47,674 nt of DNA from Acidobacteriota bacterium. Lineage in GTDB: Bacteria > Acidobacteriota > UBA6911 > RPQK01 > JAJDTT01. The DNA lies in assembly GCA_047514575.1 (NCBI GenBank), contig JAKZYH010000040.1, positions 1 to 47,674 of the forward strand, in the 5' to 3' direction. A program made the position numbers and the translations under genes. Positions 1 through 8,440 of the stretch are shown in pieces. The notes under the pieces are model-generated. The model searched no databases. It saw nothing but the letters and a program-made list of their open reading frames with translations, and had not been told where the DNA came from. Every line of letters starts with the position of its first letter. The stretch's first letter is position 1.

Positions 1-627
1 GCATGTAGCTCCTGCCACGAAGCGGCTGCCGCGGATAATGGGGTCTTTACCCAGTACTATCCGGTTTTGCGAGCGGCCAGGGGGATGCGAAGCGGCATGG
101 CCATGAACGCAGAGTCGAAGGCGTACCAGGGAATGAGCAGGAAAATGGCCGCTGCCGTCAACCCTGCGTTCAAGTCCACAGCCGAGACACCGACTGGGGT
201 GAACAGTCCAGTGCCGACCGCAAACCGAGAACTGTTCAAGTATCTGCAATCCGGAAGGTACAAGAAGTTCGCAGCGAAGGAGTCGGGCAATCATCCGAGC
301 GCGGGGCCCCACACTAAGGTCGGGTGGCCGGTGCGCGTCTTCCTAGACCCCGTTCTGGATGCATCTCTGAAAACGGGAAACACTCAACACCCGACGGGAG
401 CCGCTGCCGTCAAAGAGATGTACAACGCCGACGGTAAATTGCAGGGGTGGGCAGTAATGGTGAAAACCCAGGCGGACGGCGCCAGCGGCCGCGGTTGGTT
501 TTGGTACGAGATCACCAGCACCACCGACGGGTCCAGCCCGGTAGCTTCCGGTAACGGTGTGCCCCTCTGTTTCGGTTGCCATTTCTCAGGCAAGGACTTT
601 GTGCTGACTGGCTATCCGCTCCGTTGA
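1..627 (+). CDS. c-type cytochrome with C-terminal cytochrome P460-like domain (5' end outside window)
   Basis: Frame 1 is open from base 1 with no start in the window. The translation begins ACSSCHEAAAADNG, a CXXCH heme-c motif at nt 4-18. It ends ..RGWFWYEITS..PLCFGCHFSGKDFVLTGYPLR, a second CXXCH followed by D-F-V near the C-terminus, which I associate with P460-fold cytochromes. Stop at 625-627. The ORF-track entry 67-627 is the in-frame internal part. Confidence 0.6.
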   Translation, partial: ACSSCHEAAAADNGVFTQYYPVLRAARGMRSGMAMNAESKAYQGMSRKMAAAVNPAFKSTAETPTGVNSPVPTANRELFKYLQSGRYKKFAAKESGNHPSAGPHTKVGWPVRVFLDPVLDASLKTGNTQHPTGAAAVKEMYNADGKLQGWAVMVKTQADGASGRGWFWYEITSTTDGSSPVASGNGVPLCFGCHFSGKDFVLTGYPLR

Positions 628-708
628 TCGCCGTCCGCGTTAATCAGGGGGCGCCCGTTGAGGAGGAAGACTGGGAGCGCCCCCGCGGGTTGGTTGATTG
701 GAGACATC

Positions 709-1311
709 GTGATCACACGAGGATTCCTGGGTAGAAAGCACGACGAACCTTCTCGCCCAATACCACCAGGACAGTACCTGGAACATGGCTTTCCGGTGCT
801 GTCCGCTGGCCCGACACCTCGGGCGTCCTTAGAGGATTGGACGTTCAGCCTGGAGCGCGATGACGAAACGCTAGCGAGTTGGAATTGGGAAGAGTTCCTG
901 GCCCTGCCGCAGACCGAGGTGACAGTGGACATCCACTGCGTGACGGCTTGGTCCAAGCTGGATACCCGCTGGAAGGGTGTCACGATAGAGACCTTGATGG
1001 GTGAGGCCGGACTCGAGCCCCTTGAACCTTATGCGATGGCTTTCTGCGACGGCGGCTATACCACCAACCTGCCGCTGGAAGATCTGTTGGACAACATCTG
1101 CATGGTAGCGCACCAATACGACGGCGAACCCGTCCCGGCAGAGCATGGTGGGCCAGCGCGCCTACTGGTGCCGCATCTCTATTTCTGGAAATCCGCCAAG
1201 TGGCTGCGCGGGCTGCGTTTCATGGACCAGGACGAGCCCGGGTTCTGGGAGGGCTACGGCTACCACATGTACGGCGATCCCTGGCGCGAGCAGCGCCACA
1301 CTGGGGATTGA
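709..1311 (+). CDS. sulfite-oxidase-fold molybdopterin-dependent oxidoreductase (YedY/MsrP-like catalytic domain, no signal peptide)
   Basis: The ORF-track entry is 658-1311. Family-typical motifs are PPGQ..FPVL..GPTP, DIHCVT.WS, GGYTTN, HGGPARLLVP.LYFWKSAKWL and GFWE..GYH. I prefer the GTG at 709, preceded by GGAGA (700-704, 4-nt spacer), over the TTG at 658. The start is uncertain. Confidence 0.75.
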   Translation: MITRGFLGRKHDEPSRPIPPGQYLEHGFPVLSAGPTPRASLEDWTFSLERDDETLASWNWEEFLALPQTEVTVDIHCVTAWSKLDTRWKGVTIETLMGEAGLEPLEPYAMAFCDGGYTTNLPLEDLLDNICMVAHQYDGEPVPAEHGGPARLLVPHLYFWKSAKWLRGLRFMDQDEPGFWEGYGYHMYGDPWREQRHTGD

Positions 1312-1323
1312 CCAACTCGAGCC

Positions 1324-2061
1324 ATGCAGAGGCGCCCTCTCGGTTGGCAGACCGGAACGGTTGAACGGATCAAGGTCGAAACCTACCGGATCAAGACCTT
1401 CACGTTGAGTCTTCCTGATTGGCAACCGTTCCTACCGGGACAGCACTTCAAGGTGCGCCTGACAGCCCCGGATGGCTACCAGGCGATCCGCAGCTACTCC
1501 ATCGCCTCAGCCCCCGAGGAGGAGGGCGTGGTCGACCTCACAATCGAGCTGATTCCGGACGGAGAGGTATCACCCTACTTCCATCAGGTTGTTCTTGAGA
1601 AGGATGAGATTGAGGTGAGGGGACCAATTGGTGGGCCCTTCACATGGACCGCGGAAGTTGGAGGTCCGCTGCTGCTGATCGCTGCCGGCTCTGGAATCGT
1701 GCCTTTGATGTCGATGCTGAGGCACCGCAATCGATCCGCACCGAACGTACCCGCCACGCTTCTGTATTCGTCACGATCCCTCGAGGATATCATCTACCGA
1801 GAGGAGCTGGAGCTCAGCACCGTCGATCCGCAGGTGACCGTGGTGCATACGTTGACAAGGAAGCGTCCTTCCGGCTGGAAAGGGTGGAACCGCCGGATCG
1901 ATCGAAGCATGCTACAGCAGATACTCTCCTGGCTGGACAGAATGCCGCACGTCTATGTGTGCGGTCCGACGCCCTTTGTTGAGTGGGTCGCGACCGAACT
2001 GGTAGACATCGGAATCGAACCGCATCGTGTCCGCACTGAGAGGTTTGGCTCCTCCGTGTAG
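1324..2061 (+). CDS. FNR-like FAD/NAD(P)-binding oxidoreductase (ferredoxin-reductase type)
   Basis: It has an R-x-Y-S flavin motif (IRSYSIAS), a GGPF..LLLIAAGSGIVP nucleotide-binding motif and a C-terminal YVCGP motif. It lies 12 nt downstream of the Mo enzyme, so the two are probably co-transcribed. Confidence 0.75.
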   Translation: MQRRPLGWQTGTVERIKVETYRIKTFTLSLPDWQPFLPGQHFKVRLTAPDGYQAIRSYSIASAPEEEGVVDLTIELIPDGEVSPYFHQVVLEKDEIEVRGPIGGPFTWTAEVGGPLLLIAAGSGIVPLMSMLRHRNRSAPNVPATLLYSSRSLEDIIYREELELSTVDPQVTVVHTLTRKRPSGWKGWNRRIDRSMLQQILSWLDRMPHVYVCGPTPFVEWVATELVDIGIEPHRVRTERFGSSV

Positions 2062-2189
2062 CGCAGCTGCGAGGTCTGGCGACCTGCACCTTCTTCGAAG
2101 GCAGGCGAGGATCCTGACCCGTCTGTTCAGGACGACCGTTTCGACAGCGTGTTGGTTGTGGCGACCGGGAATAGGCGTGGTTCTGCGTC

Positions 2190-3764
2190 TTGAGCATTCT
2201 TTCTTGTCTACGAGTACTGTCACGTTTAGACGGTGTGGGCGATAATTGGAGGATGCAGACACCAGATCGAGGCCCCCGTCTTCTTTCTGCAATGAGAGAT
2301 CGTGTCCATCAATTGTACCCAGGCCCAGGAGCCCTGAGTTTCCTGAGGCTCCTTCTTGTAGGAGCTGTCTCGTTTGTAGTGGTGGCTTCTGTTGTCGCCG
2401 CGGGTCAGACTTCGAGTCGTCGCCCCAACATCGTGTTTCTGCTGACCGACGACCAGTGTGCTACTGCGTTGGGTTGTTACGGAAATCCGATTATCCAAAC
2501 GCCACATATCGACTCACTGGCGGAAAATGGCGTGGCGTTCGACCGTGCTTTTGTGACGACTGCGATCTGTATGACCAGCCGCGCCAGCATCCTCACCGGA
2601 CAGTATGCGCGACGTCATAGAGTGCAGCGCTTCGATCAAACGCTCACGGCCGATCAGTTTCGGTATACCTATCCGGCAGTCCTGAGGAGCGCCGGTTACC
2701 AAGTCGGACACGTCGGGAAATGGCATCTTCTTGATCCACCGGCAGACGGCTTCGATTTCTTGCGATCGTTCCCGTCGACCGGCTGGTTTTACGAGAAGGG
2801 CGACCGTAGTACTCCTCACCTGACGGGACGCCTGGGAGACGATGCCCTCAACTTCCTCGACCAGCAGGATGGAAAGCAGCCCTTCTGTCTGACCGTGGCC
2901 TTCAAGGCGCCACACGTTCAAGACCAATGGACCGATCAGTTTCCCTTTGATCGGGCCGATGAGACATTGGCTCGTCTCTACCAAGACGTGACGATCCCCC
3001 CGCGAAAGCTGAGCGACCCGGCCTTCTTTGAGGCGCAGCCGGAGTTCCTCAAAACCAGCGTGAGTCGAGATCGTTGGGGACGTCGGTTTGTCATCCCGGC
3101 CCGGTATCAGGCGTCGGTGAAGAACTACTACCGGTTGATCAGCGGAGTCGACCGAGAAGTAGGCCGAATTGTGGACCGCCTCAAAGAGCGAAGACTGGCG
3201 GATAACACGATCATCATCTTCACTTCCGATCACGGATTCTATCTAGGCGAGAGAGGATTTGCGGGTAAGTGGTACGCGCATGAGGTCTCGATCCGAGTGC
3301 CCATGGTGGTTTATGACCCGCGCCTGGGAAAGGCTCATCGCGGCACGCGGCGCGATCAGATCGTCTTGAACCTTGACATCGCCCCGACCATAATTGCTCT
3401 CGCCGGTTCGGCCCAGCCGGATCAGATGCAGGGACACAGCCTGCTGCCGCTGCTGCAGGGATCGGTTCCAGACTGGCGAACGGAGTTCTTCTACGAGCAC
3501 CGTCTCGACGATCGAAGGAGTGGCGGGCGGAAGGGTGCGGCGATTCCGCAGAGTGAAGGTGTTCGTACGCCAGAGTGGAAGTATATTCGGTGGTTCGGTG
3601 CCAGCACCCTGCTCGATGCGGATCCGCCTCCTCTGGGCGAAGAGTTGTACGATCTGAAGCAGGATCCGGACGAGGCCTTCAATCTAGCGCTCTCGCCCGA
3701 CCATGTACAACAGCTGGCCTCGATGCGGGAGAAGTGGCTGCACTGGCGTGAGCGGGTGAAGTGA
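2190..3764 (+). CDS. sulfatase (S1 formylglycine-dependent family), membrane-anchored or secreted
   Basis: Motifs are PNIVFLLTDDQ (metal-binding start), an active-site segment AICMTSRASILTG, GKWH, and IIIFTSDHG. There is an N-terminal hydrophobic segment LLLVGAVSFVVVASVVAAG. The start is uncertain (alternatives M22 and M35). Confidence 0.85.
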   Translation: MSILSCLRVLSRLDGVGDNWRMQTPDRGPRLLSAMRDRVHQLYPGPGALSFLRLLLVGAVSFVVVASVVAAGQTSSRRPNIVFLLTDDQCATALGCYGNPIIQTPHIDSLAENGVAFDRAFVTTAICMTSRASILTGQYARRHRVQRFDQTLTADQFRYTYPAVLRSAGYQVGHVGKWHLLDPPADGFDFLRSFPSTGWFYEKGDRSTPHLTGRLGDDALNFLDQQDGKQPFCLTVAFKAPHVQDQWTDQFPFDRADETLARLYQDVTIPPRKLSDPAFFEAQPEFLKTSVSRDRWGRRFVIPARYQASVKNYYRLISGVDREVGRIVDRLKERRLADNTIIIFTSDHGFYLGERGFAGKWYAHEVSIRVPMVVYDPRLGKAHRGTRRDQIVLNLDIAPTIIALAGSAQPDQMQGHSLLPLLQGSVPDWRTEFFYEHRLDDRRSGGRKGAAIPQSEGVRTPEWKYIRWFGASTLLDADPPPLGEELYDLKQDPDEAFNLALSPDHVQQLASMREKWLHWRERVK

Positions 3765-3795
3765 CTGGGCACCCCCTGACAAGCTCGGAGGTCTC

Positions 3796-4962
3796 GTGAA
3801 ACGACTCAACCGACTCTGCCTCTCTTGCGGAGTCATCCTGTTGATTGGAGTCACCAGTGGTCCGGGATTGCTGGCTGGGGTGGCGAGATCTGGGGGTTCA
3901 GCCTCGCCCGCGGCAATTCCGAGTATGGCCGGCAGGATCATCACCGTGAAGGGGCCCATCGATCCGGACACTCTGGGACCCACCATCATGCACGAACACA
4001 TCTTCCTCGATTGGAGGGTGCCGCCCCAGAAAAATGCCACGGATGCGGGGCTATATGCTGAGCCGGTATCGCTCCAGAACCTCAGCGCACTCCGAGTCCG
4101 GGCGACGTCCAGTCGGGACAACCTGCTGCTGACCGATATGAACCTGGCCATCGAAGAACTGTTCCATTTCAAACGCTGGGGTGGTCAGGCGCTTGTGGAC
4201 ACGACTCCTGGCTATGGGTTTGGCAGAGATCCTCGAGGCCTGGTGCAGATTTCGAACGCGACTGGCTTGGATATCGTGATGGGAGCTGGCTTCTACGTGG
4301 ATAGTTTCCATCCACCCGACATGGACCAGCGGACCGTGGAGGATCTGACAGAAGAGCTGATCCGAGATGTGGTCCTTGGAATCGAGGATACGGGAATTCG
4401 CTCGGGCATCATCGGCGAGGTGGGCACCTCAAGAATCCTGACGGCCAACGAAATAAAAAGCGTCCGCGCCTCGGCTCGTGCGAGCAGAGCGACCGGGGTG
4501 GCGATTTCTTTTCACCACGGTGGGTACTGGGAAGACAAGTTCAGGGTCCTGGATGCGATCGCCTCCGAAGGAGGCGATCTGAACCGAGTGATCATCGGAC
4601 ACGCCAATCATGTGGCCACTGACGTCCCCTTCATGAAGAGACTCCTGGAACGAGGAGTCTACATCCAGTTTGACCTGCTCGGTGAGGTGATTCCACGTCT
4701 AGGCCGAGTCCACGACGCCGATGTCGTGGGAGCCATTCTGAAGCTGGTTCAGGCCGGCTACTCGAACCGCCTGCTTCTGTCTCAAGACGTCTGTTCCAAG
4801 ACGATGCTGAAGGCGTATGGCGGGATGGGGTACTCGTATGTCCTGGAATTCGTTGTACCGGAACTGAGGAGATTAGGTGTCACCGAGGATCAGATCAAGA
4901 AGATCATGGTGAAAAACCCCAGACGCGTGCTTACCTTCGTGCATCCACGCCCGCTTCCATAG
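3796..4962 (+). CDS. phosphotriesterase-family (PHP/PTE-like) amidohydrolase-fold metal hydrolase with signal peptide
   Basis: The GTG start is preceded by GGAGG. An N-terminal signal-like segment CLSCGVILLIGV is present. The H-x-H metal motif (TIMHEHIF), GIIGEVG, HHGG, IGH and LLLSQD follow the order typical of the PTE/PHP family. Confidence 0.75.
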   Translation: MKRLNRLCLSCGVILLIGVTSGPGLLAGVARSGGSASPAAIPSMAGRIITVKGPIDPDTLGPTIMHEHIFLDWRVPPQKNATDAGLYAEPVSLQNLSALRVRATSSRDNLLLTDMNLAIEELFHFKRWGGQALVDTTPGYGFGRDPRGLVQISNATGLDIVMGAGFYVDSFHPPDMDQRTVEDLTEELIRDVVLGIEDTGIRSGIIGEVGTSRILTANEIKSVRASARASRATGVAISFHHGGYWEDKFRVLDAIASEGGDLNRVIIGHANHVATDVPFMKRLLERGVYIQFDLLGEVIPRLGRVHDADVVGAILKLVQAGYSNRLLLSQDVCSKTMLKAYGGMGYSYVLEFVVPELRRLGVTEDQIKKIMVKNPRRVLTFVHPRPLP

Positions 4963-5038
4963 AACACAAGGATCGGCTCGGGCAAAGGCTTCTTCCTCTC
5001 GACTTCAGTCGGAGATGACCCCACACGCATCGCCCTTT

Positions 5039-5740
5039 TCACCTACTCTCTGTTCTTCTTTCCGTCACAAAGATTCCCCAAGCGTGTAGCAGGTTCAGGG
5101 AAACGAAAGTGGAGACTACGACGCTAGGGGCAAGGATCATCGGGAACTCAAAGATGAAGGAGAACCCTGGCTCGTTCATCCAGTAGCTCGAGGGAAGGAA
5201 CGTCGGTAGGACGATCAGGGCGAAGCCCACGAGGTGCCAGACGATCAAGAATCGAGGGCCAATAGCCTTTCGCAACAGCAACCAACCTACGATGAGGGCA
5301 GAGACGCCAAAGAGGAAATCCGGTATGCCGATCCAGAAAACGAACTTGGAAGTGACCTCGCCTCGGATCCCTTTGATGACTCCGCCCAGGGCTCCGATGC
5401 GGAGAGCCTGGACGAAAACCAACCAATGTCCCGGTGTGCTGGTGGCGATACCGCGCAAGCCACTTCGGAGCGTGCTGGAGAGGGTGAAAGCGGTACTCCA
5501 CAAAACAACCACGACTAGCGCCTGCCACAGCAACGGCACATGTCGCATCAGCTCGACGTGTGTCTCCCGAAGACCCATCACAACAGCGATCAGTGTCCAC
5601 GCAAAGAAAGCCAAGAGCAGCGCGTAAACGCTTCGCGCTTCTGCGGCTCCTATCGATTCGTTCGACCTTGCCCTACGTGTGATCGCTAGGCAGAAGATGA
5701 AGACGAAAGCAATGTATATGGGAAGGATCGATAATTTCAT
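5039..5740 (-). CDS. hypothetical multi-pass membrane protein
   Basis: The ORF-track entry is 5039-5776. I prefer the ATG at 5740 (MKLSILPIYIAFVFIF..). It contains about 7 hydrophobic helices and I recognise no family. Confidence 0.5.
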   Translation of the reverse strand: MKLSILPIYIAFVFIFCLAITRRARSNESIGAAEARSVYALLLAFFAWTLIAVVMGLRETHVELMRHVPLLWQALVVVVLWSTAFTLSSTLRSGLRGIATSTPGHWLVFVQALRIGALGGVIKGIRGEVTSKFVFWIGIPDFLFGVSALIVGWLLLRKAIGPRFLIVWHLVGFALIVLPTFLPSSYWMNEPGFSFIFEFPMILAPSVVVSTFVSLNLLHAWGIFVTERRTESR

Positions 5741-5779
5741 CGTAGGATCACCCTGGCCCCTTTGAGCCTCGTGCACCAG

Positions 5780-7165
5780 TCAGGATTGGACGATTCCCAG
5801 AAAAGGAAAGACCTTCCAGGCCCCACGCGTGAAGTCTGGGAACTCGACGGGACGGCTCCGCTGAGAGACCGATTGCTCCGTCAACTCTGAGACCACACTC
5901 AGAGCCGCCGCGTCGTAGACGTCCATATCTGTGGGAGATCCTTCTCGCAGACACTGGACCAACCGGTAATCCTCCAGGTAATCCATCCCCCCATGACCCG
6001 CCCCTTCGGCATCTTTGCCCCGGGTCTTCCAAAGCGGATGGTCAAATTCCTCGAGGTAGTCGCTCGCCGCTTCCCATTGATGCTGGGGGCTTCTCCCTTC
6101 GATGTGCACGCGATCCGGATAGCCATGAACGAGGCCTTTGGTGCCCTGGACTAGATTGATTCGGCTGTACGGCCGAGGCAGGTTGCAGTCGTGACTCAAG
6201 AAAATAGTCCGGCCCTTGACCGTGCGAATTAAGCTCACGTTGACGTCTCCCAATGCGAATTTCTCTTGCCTTTGGGGAGCTTCCGGAGGGAAATGTTCTT
6301 GGGCGTATCGGTACAGTCCCCTGGAGTTACTGCTCATCGAGACCAGATAGTCGAATCGGTCTCCGCGATTGATGTCCATACACTGGGCTACGGGTCCCAA
6401 ACCATGGGTGGGATAGAGGTTACCGTTTCGTCTGATGGAGTGATCACGACGCCACAGACCCTCGCTCTCCGAGGCGAATTTTTCGGCCCGGAGATCGTGA
6501 AGGTATCCACACTCCGCATGCATGATCTCCCCCAGCAGGCCCTTCCTCAGCATATTGAGGATCATCATCTCACGGCGTCCGTAGTTGCAATTCTCCATCA
6601 TCACGCAGTGCTTCTGGTACTTTTCTGCAGCCTCTACGAGCTGCCAACACTCATCGATCGTGAGCGCGGCAGGGACTTCGGTAGCGGCGTGTTTTCCGGC
6701 CTCCATAGCGGCAAGGCAAACCGGCACGTGCCACCTCCAAGGCGTCGCCGTGTAAACCAGATCCAGATCTTCCTGCTGGCACATACGTTTGAAGTCGGTC
6801 TCTCCGCGCCAGAAACCCTTGGGTTTCGGCTGTCCAGCTTCCCTTGTCCAGGCCTGGATTCGCTCCACCTTTCCTCGGTCGAGGTCGCAGACCGCCCGGA
6901 GTTCGGCACCCCCGATTCGCAGCAGATTCTTGACGTGGTTGGACCCCATGCCTCCTACTCCAACGAATCCAATCCGAACGCGATCCATAGGCGACGCGGC
7001 GAAAGGCTTCTTGGGGGGAGGTCCCAGATCGGGAGCTTTGTGTTGTGAGCTGCTGCCGGACAGCGAGGACCTGGTGGCGGACAGGGCCAGGCCACCGACC
7101 GCGCTCAGCTTCACCCATTGGCGACGATCAAGCGCACTCTTTCGACTCGAATTTCCCTCATCCAT
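5780..7165 (-). CDS. Tat-exported Gfo/Idh/MocA-family oxidoreductase (GH109-like NAD-dependent glycosidase candidate)
   Basis: It has a twin-arginine signal (SALDRRQWVKLSAVGGLALSA) and a Rossmann start (VRIGFVGVGGMGSNH). The length and architecture match GH109/Gfo-Idh-MocA periplasmic enzymes. Confidence 0.8.
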   Translation of the reverse strand: MDEGNSSRKSALDRRQWVKLSAVGGLALSATRSSLSGSSSQHKAPDLGPPPKKPFAASPMDRVRIGFVGVGGMGSNHVKNLLRIGGAELRAVCDLDRGKVERIQAWTREAGQPKPKGFWRGETDFKRMCQQEDLDLVYTATPWRWHVPVCLAAMEAGKHAATEVPAALTIDECWQLVEAAEKYQKHCVMMENCNYGRREMMILNMLRKGLLGEIMHAECGYLHDLRAEKFASESEGLWRRDHSIRRNGNLYPTHGLGPVAQCMDINRGDRFDYLVSMSSNSRGLYRYAQEHFPPEAPQRQEKFALGDVNVSLIRTVKGRTIFLSHDCNLPRPYSRINLVQGTKGLVHGYPDRVHIEGRSPQHQWEAASDYLEEFDHPLWKTRGKDAEGAGHGGMDYLEDYRLVQCLREGSPTDMDVYDAAALSVVSELTEQSVSQRSRPVEFPDFTRGAWKVFPFLGIVQS

Positions 7166-7194
7166 GGTTCTAGGATCTCCTTCAGGTGGTGGAC

Positions 7195-8409
7195 TTATAG
7201 ATTCTCAAGAAAATCGGCGAAACGATTGGAGAGCCGTTCCAAGGAGAATTCATTTTCAGCCAGCTGACGCGAACGTTCTCCCATTTCCCGAGCGAGAATC
7301 GGGTTGGACTTGAGCTCATTGACGGCCTCGACGAAGGCCGCCGGTTCCCCAGGAGGCACAGCCAGACCGCTACTTTGCTCCGTCACCAATTCCGCAAGCC
7401 AGCCCGGATAGTTCACGATGACCGGAAGCCCTGCCGAGATATAGTCAAAGAACTTGTTCGGCGAGGTACCATACTGGAACCCCTCTATATTCGCCAGAAT
7501 CATTAGCCCCACATCCGCACTGGCGAGTGTGTGCGCAAGCGTCTCGCGAGGCACTGGATCGAGGAAGATACAGTTGTCCAATCCAGCCTCGTCGGCTCGT
7601 CGAATCAGTTCCGGTTTCTTCTTGCCGTCACCGATGAAAACAAACTTGACGTCCCGGTTGCCGTCTCGATGGAGTAGCTTGGCTGCGGCCAGGACGGCTT
7701 CCAGTCCGTTCGCAACGCCGTGGGCACCGGTAAACACACAGACAAAGTCGTCATCGTCGGTTCCGTCGAATCGCTCGCTTGATTCTTTTCCAGGCCTGAA
7801 TAGTTCCAGATCCGAAACATTCGGAACCATCGAGACGGGAAGATCGAGACGACTACGTCTTCGGATTCCTGCTTCGATTCCGGGGGACAGGGCAATACAG
7901 GCATCGGCGGTCCGGTAGGCAAGCCACTCCAGTCCCAGCAGTGCCCAGAAAGCTATGGGGTTCCTGATCGCTCCCATCTGGCGCGGGACTTCGGGCCATA
8001 GGTCTCGCACTTCGAAGACGAACTTCTTTCCTCGAAAGAGTTTGGCACAGATCCCCGGAATGGCGGCTGTCAGGGGCGTCGAGGTAGCGAAGAAAAGGTC
8101 GTAGTCCCCGCGCAGGGCAAACGCGACTGCCTTGAACGCTACTCGTAGAAAGACCCAGGAACGTCGGGGAACGCTCAGGTAGTTCGAATAGGGCATGGCT
8201 ACCTGTTTTACGCAGATGCCATCCACCGTTCCGCTGCGCCAACCGCGGCGCACAGGCCCGGATATACCAGGATCGCTTAGCCTGTTTACACCGCAGACCA
8301 TGGTGACAGAGTGCCCTCGGTCTACCAGCCTCCGCGCCATTTCATAGGAGCGCGCCGACCACGCGCCCTGGGGGGTCGAAAAGTATTGGTGGAAGTAGAC
8401 AATGCGCAT
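7195..8409 (-). CDS. glycosyltransferase family 4 (WbuB-like)
   Basis: The ORF-track entry extends to 8511. The canonical N-terminus MRIVYFHQYFSTPQG starts at 8409. The C-terminal half has the GT-B pattern (..GDG.. and the SPNKFFDY/E-x7-E-type region). Confidence 0.85.
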   Translation of the reverse strand: MRIVYFHQYFSTPQGAWSARSYEMARRLVDRGHSVTMVCGVNRLSDPGISGPVRRGWRSGTVDGICVKQVAMPYSNYLSVPRRSWVFLRVAFKAVAFALRGDYDLFFATSTPLTAAIPGICAKLFRGKKFVFEVRDLWPEVPRQMGAIRNPIAFWALLGLEWLAYRTADACIALSPGIEAGIRRRSRLDLPVSMVPNVSDLELFRPGKESSERFDGTDDDDFVCVFTGAHGVANGLEAVLAAAKLLHRDGNRDVKFVFIGDGKKKPELIRRADEAGLDNCIFLDPVPRETLAHTLASADVGLMILANIEGFQYGTSPNKFFDYISAGLPVIVNYPGWLAELVTEQSSGLAVPPGEPAAFVEAVNELKSNPILAREMGERSRQLAENEFSLERLSNRFADFLENL

Positions 8410-8440
8410 GGAAGAACGATCGGCCTGGTCCGCAAATCTG

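Noticed and set aside
6266-7048. Long antisense or out-of-frame ORFs inside well-supported genes. Examples are 2514-3233, 6266-7048, 6651-7118, 8602-9171, 18627-19196, 27609-28193, 40004-40657 and 41356-41844.
   Set aside because: They have Arg/Pro/Gly/Ser-rich low-complexity translations typical of GC-rich shadow frames. Each is fully contained in a gene with clear family motifs on the other frame or strand.
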